This document shows, piece after piece, positions 50,837 to 60,587 of a DNA stretch of 64,000 nucleotides. The stretch is from Oligoflexia bacterium (GTDB lineage Bacteria; Bdellovibrionota; UBA1018), in contig CAVWVI010000003.1 in the NCBI GenBank assembly GCA_963758495.1, positions 736,001-800,000 of the forward strand, written 5' to 3'. The notes beneath the pieces are model-generated. The model was not told the origin of the DNA and ran no database searches. It saw nothing but the letters and a program-made list of their open reading frames with translations. Each line of letters starts with the position of its first letter. The stretch's first letter is position 1. Made by a program: the position numbers and the translations under genes.

Positions 50837-51276
50837 CTCTTCTCCCCCAAAGTATCGTATTATTTTTATCGGAAATAGTGTGTCGGAACTTGAGTGCAGA
50901 AATTATTTTATCGAATCGCTTCATTTTACCGTCAAAATCGCATCAAAATGTTGTGATTCCTTGCCACTTATGATGGGAATAGGTTGTGGTCCAAGAAAAA
51001 AAACTCAGCCATCGGCAATTACAGATATTAGAAATTATTAATTAAAACAGTAAGTTGTACACCTCTGAACTGCTGCAAAAAACGTATTCAAATTATCATT
51101 CCGAAGTGTCGACGAAACAGAATACAAAAAGGCGATTCTTCTTTTTTATGAACGTAATAATATTTCTGCATTTAAGAAAATCTTTTTAGAGCAATCAGAA
51201 ATTGCAGTACGAAATTACTTTAGAAGTCGAGCTTAGAAGTCTGATTTGTATTCGAAACTTTAATTTAAACTTTAAA

Positions 51277-51711
51277 CTACCTCAACACTCCGCCCGATTC
51301 ATGAGCGGGCTCAATCCATTTCACAGCAATGGCTTGCGCAAGAACCTGTCCTTCCATTCCATCGTCTGAACACTCAGGGGTTGAATAGGTTTCTTGTCGC
51401 CCATCCTCTAGAAATACCACTGACTTAAGATCAATAACCGCATCCCCTCCCTTTTCCTTTGCCATGTGAATTAGATCGCGAGCTGCTTTATTGAAATAAT
51501 TTTGACAGAGTTCGGCTTCTTCGCGGGCTGGATCCAGTGAAGGGTAATTCACTTTAGCTCGCACGAGACCTAAAGTTTTGTAGGAACGCTTTACATTACC
51601 GATGAAAGCTGCCTCTTTTGGAAAAGAGTACACTTTTTTAGAAGTTGAGGGAAGAGTACTGCACGCTACAATCCCAACCACCCCAATGAGAGACAAGAGT
51701 CTGAGCATCAT
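51277..51711 (-). CDS. Hypothetical lipoprotein (possibly YbjQ-like)
   Basis: Lipobox IVAC; AKEKGGDAVI. Confidence 0.65.
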   Translation of the reverse strand: MMLRLLSLIGVVGIVACSTLPSTSKKVYSFPKEAAFIGNVKRSYKTLGLVRAKVNYPSLDPAREEAELCQNYFNKAARDLIHMAKEKGGDAVIDLKSVVFLEDGRQETYSTPECSDDGMEGQVLAQAIAVKWIEPAHESGGVLR

Positions 51712-51920
51712 AAGAAAAGTCTAACACAAGAAGCTAAAACATGAAGAATAAAGTTTTTTACTTTATATTTAATATTTTTGCCATATTTTTTTCCAGATGT
51801 AAACTCTTTAGATAGGTTTATTCTTCAAAAGTAGTCCTACTATATACTAACAATATGTAATTATTTATTTTTCTCCATGGCCTCCTACTTGCAATCACAC
51901 CAGCATTCGAGGAGCGAAAT

Positions 51921-52799
51921 ATGAAGAGATATCATGCGATCACATTAGGAATAATTTTAGTGAACTTCTCTACAATACTTGCTTCTAATGTGGTTTCGGC
52001 TGCACCAGAAAATAATTTTGAAATTCAAGGCATGCGTGTGCAGATCTCTGGTCCTGGGGCCACTGAAAATGAGGTTCGAAATGTGCGGGATCGAGTGAAG
52101 GGTCCCTGGCTGAATCATCTACTTGAAGACAAGCATAGAATGAATCAGATTGATGCTACTAGTCAGGCTGAAATTTGTCCTATCTGTTTAGACGAGATAC
52201 AGGGCAAGGATCTGATGTTGACTCCGTGTAATCATGTGTTTTGCAGCCCCTGTATTACCCAGGCTCTCGATAATCAACAGAAGTGCCCGGCATGTCGTCG
52301 AGAGCTTGTAAATTCCAAGGAACTCCAACCTTTCAGGTACACTCCTGGTGAGGAAGTGGAATTGGCACTTGAGATTAATATTCCTAATTTCGACGACCTA
52401 CTCACTCCTGAGTTTGCGGCACTTGGAGTCATGTACGAGGTGGAAGGCTTGATGTGGAGTGGGGTTGCAAAACGGCAAGGTTTTTGGAGAAGGCTTCTAC
52501 GCGAGAGTATCTGGACAATGAATTACGAGGATGCAACACGGTTTTGTCGAGATTTGGGAAGAGGAGCAAGATTGCCCACTCGGGAAGAGTATAGAGCTTT
52601 GAAAAGAGTGCTGGGGGGTCAAAATCGTTATAATCCTCGCATAATCTCAGATATGGTGGGCAATGGCTTTTGGTCGTCTTCAGTCGACCCCGACTTTCCT
52701 TCCAACTACGCCTATGAATTCAATGGCAGTACTGGTGTCAGTGGCAGCTTTGGCATGAGTCGTAAGCGTGCCGTCCGGTGCATATTGCCAGCGCGTTGA
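51921..52799 (+). CDS. Secreted C3HC4 RING + DUF1566-like CLec protein, putative DGR target
   Basis: GAGGAG RBS; signal peptide; CPICLD..PCNHVFCSPC..CPACR; GLMW..A..FC..RLPTREE..FWSSS..AVRC. Confidence 0.82.
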   Translation: MKRYHAITLGIILVNFSTILASNVVSAAPENNFEIQGMRVQISGPGATENEVRNVRDRVKGPWLNHLLEDKHRMNQIDATSQAEICPICLDEIQGKDLMLTPCNHVFCSPCITQALDNQQKCPACRRELVNSKELQPFRYTPGEEVELALEINIPNFDDLLTPEFAALGVMYEVEGLMWSGVAKRQGFWRRLLRESIWTMNYEDATRFCRDLGRGARLPTREEYRALKRVLGGQNRYNPRIISDMVGNGFWSSSVDPDFPSNYAYEFNGSTGVSGSFGMSRKRAVRCILPAR

Positions 52800-52847
52800 G
52801 CGTGGGTATAAGGAATTTGTTTTTATTGCCTTTAGGGATGCGAAAGA

Positions 52848-52912
52848 CACTGAATTGAGTCTTGAGGAGCCGTAAAGATCCCTTCCCCGGCTCCTCAAGA
52901 CTCAGTACAGTG
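52848..52912. terminator. 25-bp-stem hairpin between convergent genes, related to the MITE core
   Basis: cactgaattgagtcttgaggagccg-taaagatcccttccc-cggctcctcaagactcagtacagtg. Confidence 0.7.
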
Positions 52913-52913
52913 G

Positions 52914-54065
52914 CTACGGTTCAATGTACTCAAACTTCTGATTTTTGAAGTTTCTTAAAATCCACTTCTTACCTTCATGCTTGACCACGTAGTTAGGCAA
53001 GAGAGGAATTTTACCTCCACCGCCCGGTCCATCAATAACAAAGTGAGGCACTGCCATTCCACTGGTCCAACCTCGTAGATTCTCAATAATATTCAGTCCC
53101 ACTTCCACAGGGGTTCGGAAATGACTAATCCCTTGAGCCAAATCACATTGATAAATGTAATACGGTCGAACACGCATCATTAAGAGTTTATGATTCAACT
53201 CTTTTACAATCTTTGGACTATCATTCACACCTTTAAGCAGAACCATCTGGTTGTGTAAAACACAGCCGGCATCTGCCAAGCGAGCACATGCATCAAATGC
53301 TTCGAGGGTGCACTCTTTTGGATGATTGAAGTGAGTATGTACGAAAACAGGATGATATTTTTTCAACATATCCACAAAACTTTGCGTGACCCGATGAGGG
53401 AGTGTTACAATATTACGAGTACCCACACGAAAAACCTCGATATGCTCCATGGCTCGAATTCGTGAAATAATATACTCAAGTCGATCATCCGAATTAGAAA
53501 GAGGATCACCTCCAGAAATCACGACATCTCGGATTTCTTTGTGGCTTTCGATATAAGCCAAACTCTCTTCAAGCTGCTTATTTGCAGCAGAGGAGGAAGG
53601 ATCAGAGACTTTTCTTTTACGAGTACAGTGTCGACAATAAACCGGACAATTATGCGTCGTATAAAACAATACACGATCTGGGTATCGATGAGTAATACCC
53701 GGCACTGGCATATCTCTCTCTTCACCTAATGGATCTTCTAAGTCCGTGGGTAGAATATTGAGCTCGCCTGCTTTGGGTACAGATTGAAGGCGAATCGGAC
53801 AATTAGGATCGTCCTTGTCTATCAAGGATGCATAATACGGCGTAATTCCCATATTAAACATCTCATGGGACTGCGCAAATGCATCTCGCTCTTCTTGAGT
53901 CACGTGAATCACTTTTTCAAGCTGATCCATTGATTTGATGCGCTTTTGCTGCTGCCAAATCCAGTTATTCCAATCTTTATCTGGAACGTCCTTCCAAATT
54001 TCCGGACGTGGTGCACTCTTAAAACGATCACGTATATTATTTTTAGTAACAATATTAAAACTCAT
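52914..54065 (-). CDS. KamA-family radical SAM lysine 2,3-aminomutase-like protein
   Basis: THRYPDRV, CPVYCRHCTRKR, SGGDP, PGGGGK. Confidence 0.92.
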   Translation of the reverse strand: MSFNIVTKNNIRDRFKSAPRPEIWKDVPDKDWNNWIWQQQKRIKSMDQLEKVIHVTQEERDAFAQSHEMFNMGITPYYASLIDKDDPNCPIRLQSVPKAGELNILPTDLEDPLGEERDMPVPGITHRYPDRVLFYTTHNCPVYCRHCTRKRKVSDPSSSAANKQLEESLAYIESHKEIRDVVISGGDPLSNSDDRLEYIISRIRAMEHIEVFRVGTRNIVTLPHRVTQSFVDMLKKYHPVFVHTHFNHPKECTLEAFDACARLADAGCVLHNQMVLLKGVNDSPKIVKELNHKLLMMRVRPYYIYQCDLAQGISHFRTPVEVGLNIIENLRGWTSGMAVPHFVIDGPGGGGKIPLLPNYVVKHEGKKWILRNFKNQKFEYIEP

Positions 54066-54202
54066 TCGCCCCCCTCGCTTCGTGTCATTTTTTGACACCT
54101 TCAACCGTCTGGAATGCCAGATTATTGCATCATTGTAAATGGACTATTTGCACCACCATTGGAAGTCATTTGTATTTACGACCCACTTAGGTGTATTTTT
54201 GA

Positions 54203-54868
54203 ATGACTATGCTTTCAAAACTATTCTTAGGTATGTCTTTGATGGGGGCCGAATGGGTCCTTTATTTATTATTAGGACTTTCTATCCTCTCCGTGACACT
54301 TATTTTGGAGAGAGTGCGATTTTACCGCTCAGCATCACTCGGCTTGAAAGACTTTCGAAATCAGATTCGAAAATCAACAGCGGGCGGCAAATTGAGTGAT
54401 GCAACTCAAACTGCTCAGGACCGCACACAGCGGCAAGCGGAAGGTGCTCAAGATCTTGAATCTGAAATGGTCTTTGCACTTCTCTCTCATGCTGGGGCCT
54501 CGGCTGAAGTCTTAGGAGACGTCGCCCAAGAGGCTGTGCTTCGTGCGAGATTAGAATGGGACAAACACCTCTCCATTCTAGCGACAATTGGAAGCAATGC
54601 ACCCTTTGTCGGTCTTTTTGGAACTGTTCTGGGAATTATAAAAGCCTTTCATAACTTATCGCAACAAACAGGAACAGGCACTCAAACCGTGACTTCAGGT
54701 CTTTCAGAAGCTCTCGTCGCAACAGCAATCGGCTTGCTCGTAGCAATTCCTGCAGTCGTCGCATTTAATGTTTTTCAACGACGCGTCAAGTCCGCCATTA
54801 CCGAAGCTGAAGCACTCAAGTGTTACTTAATTGGAAAAATGAGAACTCAATCTCGAACTCAATCATAA
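54203..54868 (+). CDS. MotA/TolQ/ExbB proton channel
   Basis: LATIGSNAPFVGLFGTVLGI, EALVATAIGL. Confidence 0.93.
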   Translation: MTMLSKLFLGMSLMGAEWVLYLLLGLSILSVTLILERVRFYRSASLGLKDFRNQIRKSTAGGKLSDATQTAQDRTQRQAEGAQDLESEMVFALLSHAGASAEVLGDVAQEAVLRARLEWDKHLSILATIGSNAPFVGLFGTVLGIIKAFHNLSQQTGTGTQTVTSGLSEALVATAIGLLVAIPAVVAFNVFQRRVKSAITEAEALKCYLIGKMRTQSRTQS

Positions 54869-54892
54869 GAGTTCAACCCTAAGGAGTAATTT

Positions 54893-55303
54893 ATGGCCGG
54901 AGGTTTTGGCTCAATAGACGATGACGTCATTTCAAATATTAACGTCACACCCTTAGTCGACGTAGTCCTGGTGCTCCTCATTATTTTTCTCATTGCTGCG
55001 CCTGCCATTTACCAATCCGCCATCCAGGTGCAACTTCCAAAAGCAAAATCAGGAGATCAACCCCTGAAAACGCCATTGTCGTTTACGATCAACAAAGAGG
55101 GAACTTTATTCTGGAACAAAGATGCAGTGAATTGGGATACCTTAGAAGGACGTCTCAGCGCATTAGGAAAAACCATAGCTTCAGAAACGGCAGTCATTAG
55201 TGCTGATGAACAAACTCCCCACGGCACAGTGATTCGTTTGATGGACCTACTGCGCCAAGCAGGATTGACTCAGTTTGCATTGAGCACCCAGAATCAGCGC
55301 TGA
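54893..55303 (+). CDS. ExbD/TolR family protein
   Basis: INVTPLVDVVLVLLIIF. Confidence 0.93.
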   Translation: MAGGFGSIDDDVISNINVTPLVDVVLVLLIIFLIAAPAIYQSAIQVQLPKAKSGDQPLKTPLSFTINKEGTLFWNKDAVNWDTLEGRLSALGKTIASETAVISADEQTPHGTVIRLMDLLRQAGLTQFALSTQNQR

Positions 55304-55342
55304 ATGGACGCGTCATGAATTGCTTCAGGCTTCTACAACTAT

Positions 55343-55537
55343 TCAAGCCTTACAACTCGAACACCCTGACTTTGCTTTCACTTGTTTTCGAAGGAACATT
55401 GCAAGCTTCACATATCCCAAGTTCAGCATCCATTGAGACAGTGGTGCTACTAAAAACACACGGTAAAATCGTAGAGTCAGAATACTCATCGTAAGAGTAA
55501 CGACCCCCAGTGCAATCCATTCTTGATTCACTTTCAT
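55343..55537 (-). CDS. Small FeoB-associated membrane protein with a C-terminal CxxC
   Basis: ATG overlaps the feoB stop; one transmembrane segment; SGCSSCKA. Confidence 0.6.
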   Translation of the reverse strand: MKVNQEWIALGVVTLTMSILTLRFYRVFLVAPLSQWMLNLGYVKLAMFLRKQVKAKSGCSSCKA

Positions 55538-57426
55538 CACCCCAGTCCAACTTTCACAGCAAGATGATAAGTCAGGAACGAACCGCAATAAGCTAAGCCT
55601 GTCATATAGAGCAGCATAAATGCTGGCCACCTCCATGAATTCGTTTCACGACGAGTCACAGCAAGAGTTGAAAGACACTGACACGCTAAAATATACCAAA
55701 CCAATAAGCTTAAAGCAGTAGCAACACTCCAGTCACTCGCTAGCTGCTCACCTAGTTTTTGAGAAATTCCTTCGCCTTTGGATTCAACGGCATACACAGT
55801 TGCCAATGAACCCACCATCACTTCTCGAGCAGCAAAACTAGGAATCAAGGCAACGGCAATTTTCCAATTAAACCCTAAAGGCTTTACCCATGGCTCAAGG
55901 ACATGACCGAGCTTTCCCGCAAAACTATAAGAAATAGCAGGCTCCATTGCCCCTTGCGGTGCCTTTGGATAAGAAGCCAAGAACCAAAGAATAATCGAAA
56001 CTGCCAAAATAACGGTGCCCGCTCGACGAAGAAAAAGTTTCGAACGATCCAGGAGGCCAATCAAAATATTGCGCAGGCTTGGCCATTTATAAGTAGGAAG
56101 CTCCATCAAAAGCGCAGGCTTACTTCCTTTAATAAAAGTAAACCGAAATAGAATAGCCATCAGCAGAGCAGCCAGGATTCCAAAAAAATAAAGCCCAAAC
56201 ATGACTAGACCTTGCAATTGAATCGGTCCAAAAATGACTCGATTAGGAATAAAGGCAGCAATTAATAATGAATAAACAGGTAATCTCGCAGAACAAGTCA
56301 TCAAAGGCGCTATCAGAATCGTCGTCAAACGATCTCGTCGATTTTCGATTGTACGAGTCGCCATAATACCGGGCACTGCGCAGGCGAAAGAAGACAGTAA
56401 AGGAATAAAGGCCCTCCCATGAAGTCCCACTTTTCCCATCAGTCGATCCATCAAAAATGCAGCTCGAGGCATATAACCCGAGTCTTCCAGAAATAAAATA
56501 AACAAGAAAAGCAGTAAAATCTGGGGTAAAAACACAAGAACAGAACCCACTCCAGAAATCACTCCGTCCACAATCAAGCTCTGCAAAGGTCCTTCAGCCA
56601 TATTCTGTCCGACCATGGCCCCAACCCTATTGATAGCGAACTTAATCCAATCCATTGGAATCTGAGCCCAGGTAAAAATGGCTTGAAAAACACATCCTAG
56701 AATCAAAATCAAAATCAAACTTCCCCAAACAGGGTGCAAAATAATGCGATCAATCCGATCAGTCCACAGGGTCGGAGAAGCCGATTTTCGAATGACCGCT
56801 TTTAAAATACGATCTACTTCCGAAAATCGTTTTCGAACTTCTTCAACAACCACTTTGTGCCCAGCAGATATTTTAGCAATGGCTTTTTTATCTAGATTTT
56901 GTTGTAATTTTTTTTCAACTTCGTTTAAAAGCTCTGAGATCCCTTGCTTGCGCGTGGCTACAATAGGAATGACAGGAACTCCCAGTTCAACTGACAAGAG
57001 AGAAAGATCTAATTCCAATCCCCGTTTTTTGGCAAGATCCATCATATTCAAAGCAAGGACAAGCGGTCTTCCAAGGTCTCGAAGTTCTAATACCAAACCT
57101 AAACTTCGCTCAAGACTGGTAGCATCCGCGACCGCTAACAATAAGTCAGGATCTCTTTCTTCTTTTTTATGACCGAGGAGTACATCTCGCGTAATTGCTT
57201 CATCGGGTGTTCTCGCATCTAAGCTATAGGTCCCAGGCAAATCGAGGACACTTAATTCCAATCCAGAATCTGTAACGGTCTTACCCTCTTTGCGTTCTAC
57301 TGTGACCCCAGGATAATTCCCTACTTTGGCGTGCCCTCCAGTGAGGGCATTGAAAAGTGCTGTTTTTCCGCAATTTGGGTTTCCAGCCAAAGCAATCTTT
57401 GGATTTTGAGTCCTCGCTTCACTCAT
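55537..57426 (-). CDS. feoB: Ferrous iron transporter FeoB
   Basis: GNPNCGKT, NYPGVTV, DLPG, NMMD, LEDSGY, CSARLP. Confidence 0.96.
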   Translation of the reverse strand: MSEARTQNPKIALAGNPNCGKTALFNALTGGHAKVGNYPGVTVERKEGKTVTDSGLELSVLDLPGTYSLDARTPDEAITRDVLLGHKKEERDPDLLLAVADATSLERSLGLVLELRDLGRPLVLALNMMDLAKKRGLELDLSLLSVELGVPVIPIVATRKQGISELLNEVEKKLQQNLDKKAIAKISAGHKVVVEEVRKRFSEVDRILKAVIRKSASPTLWTDRIDRIILHPVWGSLILILILGCVFQAIFTWAQIPMDWIKFAINRVGAMVGQNMAEGPLQSLIVDGVISGVGSVLVFLPQILLLFLFILFLEDSGYMPRAAFLMDRLMGKVGLHGRAFIPLLSSFACAVPGIMATRTIENRRDRLTTILIAPLMTCSARLPVYSLLIAAFIPNRVIFGPIQLQGLVMFGLYFFGILAALLMAILFRFTFIKGSKPALLMELPTYKWPSLRNILIGLLDRSKLFLRRAGTVILAVSIILWFLASYPKAPQGAMEPAISYSFAGKLGHVLEPWVKPLGFNWKIAVALIPSFAAREVMVGSLATVYAVESKGEGISQKLGEQLASDWSVATALSLLVWYILACQCLSTLAVTRRETNSWRWPAFMLLYMTGLAYCGSFLTYHLAVKVGLG

Positions 57427-57673
57427 AAACCATCACCTCTACCACATTAGCCTCATGACGACGGAGAGCAATCAAAGAACCTCTCACCCGTATCGCAAGC
57501 GGATCTCCTCCAAAGGGAGCTTCATGAAGAATTTCTAACAGTGAACCTTCCAAAAAACCCATTTCTAAAAGCCTTTGAACGACTTCAGGACTCGTATCAG
57601 ATCTCCCCACCTTAACAATGAGTGCTAAAATTCCTTTTTTTAATTCACCTAATTTAATATTTTTTTGACTCAC
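57419..57673 (-). CDS. feoA: FeoA
   Basis: RLLEMGF..APFGGDP..ALRRHEA. Confidence 0.93.
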   Translation of the reverse strand: MSQKNIKLGELKKGILALIVKVGRSDTSPEVVQRLLEMGFLEGSLLEILHEAPFGGDPLAIRVRGSLIALRRHEANVVEVMVYE

Positions 57674-57993
57674 TCAAGCAACTCCTCTACATGCTTAATC
57701 CCTTCATGGAGGAGTCGATCAATATGAAGATCATCCAATGCATAGAAAGAAGTTCTTCCCTCACGACGAACTTTGACTAACTTAAGGTTTCGCAAGGTTC
57801 TTAGATGATGGCTCACTGCAGGTTGACTCATTTCTAGCTTCTTAGCAATTTCACCTACATTGTGCTCATTTTTTGACAATAGCCATACAATCTGAACTCG
57901 AGACGAATCCCCAAGTGCCTGAAATGTTTCGGCAAGAAGAAGAAATTTCTTTTTAGACTTAAAGCTCTCACGAGTAGGTACTGCATCTGACAT
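57670..57993 (-). CDS. ArsR/SmtB metalloregulator with an alpha5 metal site
   Basis: FQALGD..R, SQPAVSHHLRTLR, DLHx10HVEE. Confidence 0.92.
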   Translation of the reverse strand: MSDAVPTRESFKSKKKFLLLAETFQALGDSSRVQIVWLLSKNEHNVGEIAKKLEMSQPAVSHHLRTLRNLKLVKVRREGRTSFYALDDLHIDRLLHEGIKHVEELLE

Positions 57994-58037
57994 AAATATA
58001 TAAACGATTGCTTATATATTTATATACTAAATGTCAA
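57994..58037 (-). promoter_or_regulatory. Promoter and inverted-repeat operator of the arsR-feoAB operon
   Basis: TTGACA on the minus strand (58032-58037); aaatatataa-N8-ttatatattt abutting the ATG. Confidence 0.7.
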
Positions 58038-58656
58038 GACTTTGCCCAAAGCATTTTCTATAGAGCATTTCCCCTACAAACATCAGAACGAGCGTCCCCC
58101 CTCCAATCACGGATCGAAGTACAATCAAGGCTCCTAAATCGACTCGGAAAGCTAAGTATAGAAAAAGAATGGATTTTAGATAAAGATAGATGGCCCAGAT
58201 CAGAGTCAACTTCCTCAAGTAGCGACTCGTTGAATTAAAAACACGCGGACGCAATGCCTCAGGTAAAGCCCGAATAAAATAAGCAAGAATAGGTATCCGA
58301 GCAAAATAAGTAAATAAAAGGACTGTGGCGATCAGAAAATTCTGAGCAAAGGGTTCTAACCGAAAAAAGCGTGGGCTTTGGATAAAAAGATCAATTAAAC
58401 CAAAGCTCACTGTAAACCCTGAAGCTACCATAAAAAAAGGGGAAATGCTCAGACGATAGACCCAATGAACACCGAGTTGAATCCCCGTCGCCCCAATAGC
58501 AAGCGCAATAGCTGGCTTCGGGCCTAAACGGTGAAAGGCAAGATAGAATACAATGGGGGCGGCGAAATTAATAAGAACATAACTGATCCCTTTTCGAACC
58601 TTCAAGCCTGAAAAAGTGCTCACGCCGTAATATATCTCATGACAGCTTGAATTCAC
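58027..58656 (-). CDS. Membrane protein, septation (IspZ/YciB)-like
   Basis: About 6 transmembrane segments; F..LEP..N and ..RKLTLIW patterns. Confidence 0.6.
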   Translation of the reverse strand: MNSSCHEIYYGVSTFSGLKVRKGISYVLINFAAPIVFYLAFHRLGPKPAIALAIGATGIQLGVHWVYRLSISPFFMVASGFTVSFGLIDLFIQSPRFFRLEPFAQNFLIATVLLFTYFARIPILAYFIRALPEALRPRVFNSTSRYLRKLTLIWAIYLYLKSILFLYLAFRVDLGALIVLRSVIGGGTLVLMFVGEMLYRKCFGQSLDI

Positions 58657-58684
58657 GTTAAAAATCCAATAAAACTAGTGTTCT

Positions 58685-60568
58685 ATGAAGTCACAACAAG
58701 CGGCCCCCCTCAGTAAGTCTCAAGATAGCCTCCCAGGTAATTCTCAAGGCAAATCTAAAAATGATGCTCTTTACAAGATTCGCCACAGCCTCTCGCATAT
58801 TTTGGCTGAAGCGGTGATGGAACTCAGACCCGGTACAAAACTGGGCTTTGGACCACCCATCGAAGATGGATTTTATTACGACTTCATTCTACCCACTCCC
58901 ATCACGGAAGAGGATTTCCCTGAAATCGAGAAAAGGATGCGCCGACTGATTCAGGAAAATTATACATTTGATCGAGAAGAACTCCCTCGCAAAGAAGCTC
59001 TCGCCCGCCTTGATGAAATGGGAGAGCCTTACAAGCGTGAATATGCAGAAGAACTTTTTGAGAAACGTGGCATTGAAAAGCTGAGCTTTTACCGTTCAGG
59101 CCCATTTTTAGACATGTGCGAAGGACCCCACGTCGAGTCCACCCGAGCATTACCCGCTCAAGCCTTTAAATTACGAAATCTTGCGGGAGCATACTGGAGG
59201 GGAGACTCAAAAAATGCCATGATGACTCGAATCTACGCTTGGGCATTTGAATCTAAAGTGGAGCTGGATGCTAAAATCAAAGAATTTAAAGAAGCTCAAG
59301 AACGTGATCATAAAAAACTAGGTAAAGAACTTGAAATTTTCACGATCGATGAAACAGTCGGCAAAGGACTCCCTCTTTGGCTGCCCAATGGCACCGTGAT
59401 TCGCGATGAACTTGAAAAGCTGATGAGGGAGCTTGAATTTAAAGGTGGATACCAACGTGTAGCCACTCCACATTTGGCAAAAGCTGAACTCTATCATCAA
59501 ACAGGACACCTTCCTTATTATGCAAGTCATATGTACCCACTCATGGAAGTAAAAGAAAAGACTTCAGAGGGAACAGAGGGACAGGCCGCTACTGAAACCA
59601 AAGAAGTCTATTGCCTGAAGCCTATGAACTGCCCTCATCACCACAAAATATTTGCTTCAAAGATGCGCAGTTATCGTGAACTCCCTCTGCGTCTCGCAGA
59701 ATATGGCCAAGTTTATCGATTTGAAGACTCTGGAGCGCTCTCCGGACTTTTGCGAGTTCGAGGTATGTGCATGAACGATGCACACATCTATTGCACAGAA
59801 GATCAAATTAAAAAGGAATTTCTCGATGTGATGAATCTCCATCGAGAAGTCTATGATATTTTAGGTATTACTTCTTATCATATGCGTTTTTCCACTTGGG
59901 ACCCAGAAGATCCTAAAGGTCGCGAAAAATATGTGGATAATCCTAGAGCTTGGGAATGGACTCAAAAATTAGTTTATGAAGCCATGATCGACAGCGGTAT
60001 ACCGTTTGAAGAGGGAAAAGGTGAGGCCGCATTTTACGGACCTAAGATTGATGTACAGTTTAAAACGGTGACAGGCAGGGAAGAAACCGCTAGCACGAAT
60101 CAACTCGACTTTGCTGTGCCAGAACGACTCGATTTAAAGTATATCGGCGCAGACAATAAAGAACATCGCCCTTATATCATTCATCGCGCTCCATTAGGTA
60201 CCCATGAAAGATTTGTTGCGTTTTTAATTGAACAGCACGGAGGTGCCTTTCCAACTTGGATGGCGCCTGTTCAAGTACTCGTAATCACTGTGAGCGAAAA
60301 ATTTAATGACTATGCTGAAAAGGTAGTCTCAAGCTTACGAGGTCAAATGGTTCGTGCAGAGATGGAGTTCACTTCAGATACGATGGGGAAAAAAATTCGG
60401 AACGCATCCAAAAAGAAAATTCCGAACGTTCTCATTATTGGTGAACGCGAACAACTCGATGGAACTGTGACCTGGCGTCGTTTTGGCCAAGAAGAACAAA
60501 AAACCATGGCGATTGATGAATTTAAGAGTATCATTTTAGGTAAGATCCAAACTCGAAGTAAAAGCTAA
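58685..60568 (+). CDS. thrS: Threonine--tRNA ligase
   Basis: RHSLSH, DMCEGPH, KPMNCPHH, AFYGPKID, IHRA. Confidence 0.97.
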   Translation: MKSQQAAPLSKSQDSLPGNSQGKSKNDALYKIRHSLSHILAEAVMELRPGTKLGFGPPIEDGFYYDFILPTPITEEDFPEIEKRMRRLIQENYTFDREELPRKEALARLDEMGEPYKREYAEELFEKRGIEKLSFYRSGPFLDMCEGPHVESTRALPAQAFKLRNLAGAYWRGDSKNAMMTRIYAWAFESKVELDAKIKEFKEAQERDHKKLGKELEIFTIDETVGKGLPLWLPNGTVIRDELEKLMRELEFKGGYQRVATPHLAKAELYHQTGHLPYYASHMYPLMEVKEKTSEGTEGQAATETKEVYCLKPMNCPHHHKIFASKMRSYRELPLRLAEYGQVYRFEDSGALSGLLRVRGMCMNDAHIYCTEDQIKKEFLDVMNLHREVYDILGITSYHMRFSTWDPEDPKGREKYVDNPRAWEWTQKLVYEAMIDSGIPFEEGKGEAAFYGPKIDVQFKTVTGREETASTNQLDFAVPERLDLKYIGADNKEHRPYIIHRAPLGTHERFVAFLIEQHGGAFPTWMAPVQVLVITVSEKFNDYAEKVVSSLRGQMVRAEMEFTSDTMGKKIRNASKKKIPNVLIIGEREQLDGTVTWRRFGQEEQKTMAIDEFKSIILGKIQTRSKS

Positions 60569-60587
60569 CTCGCACTCTAGGAGATCC

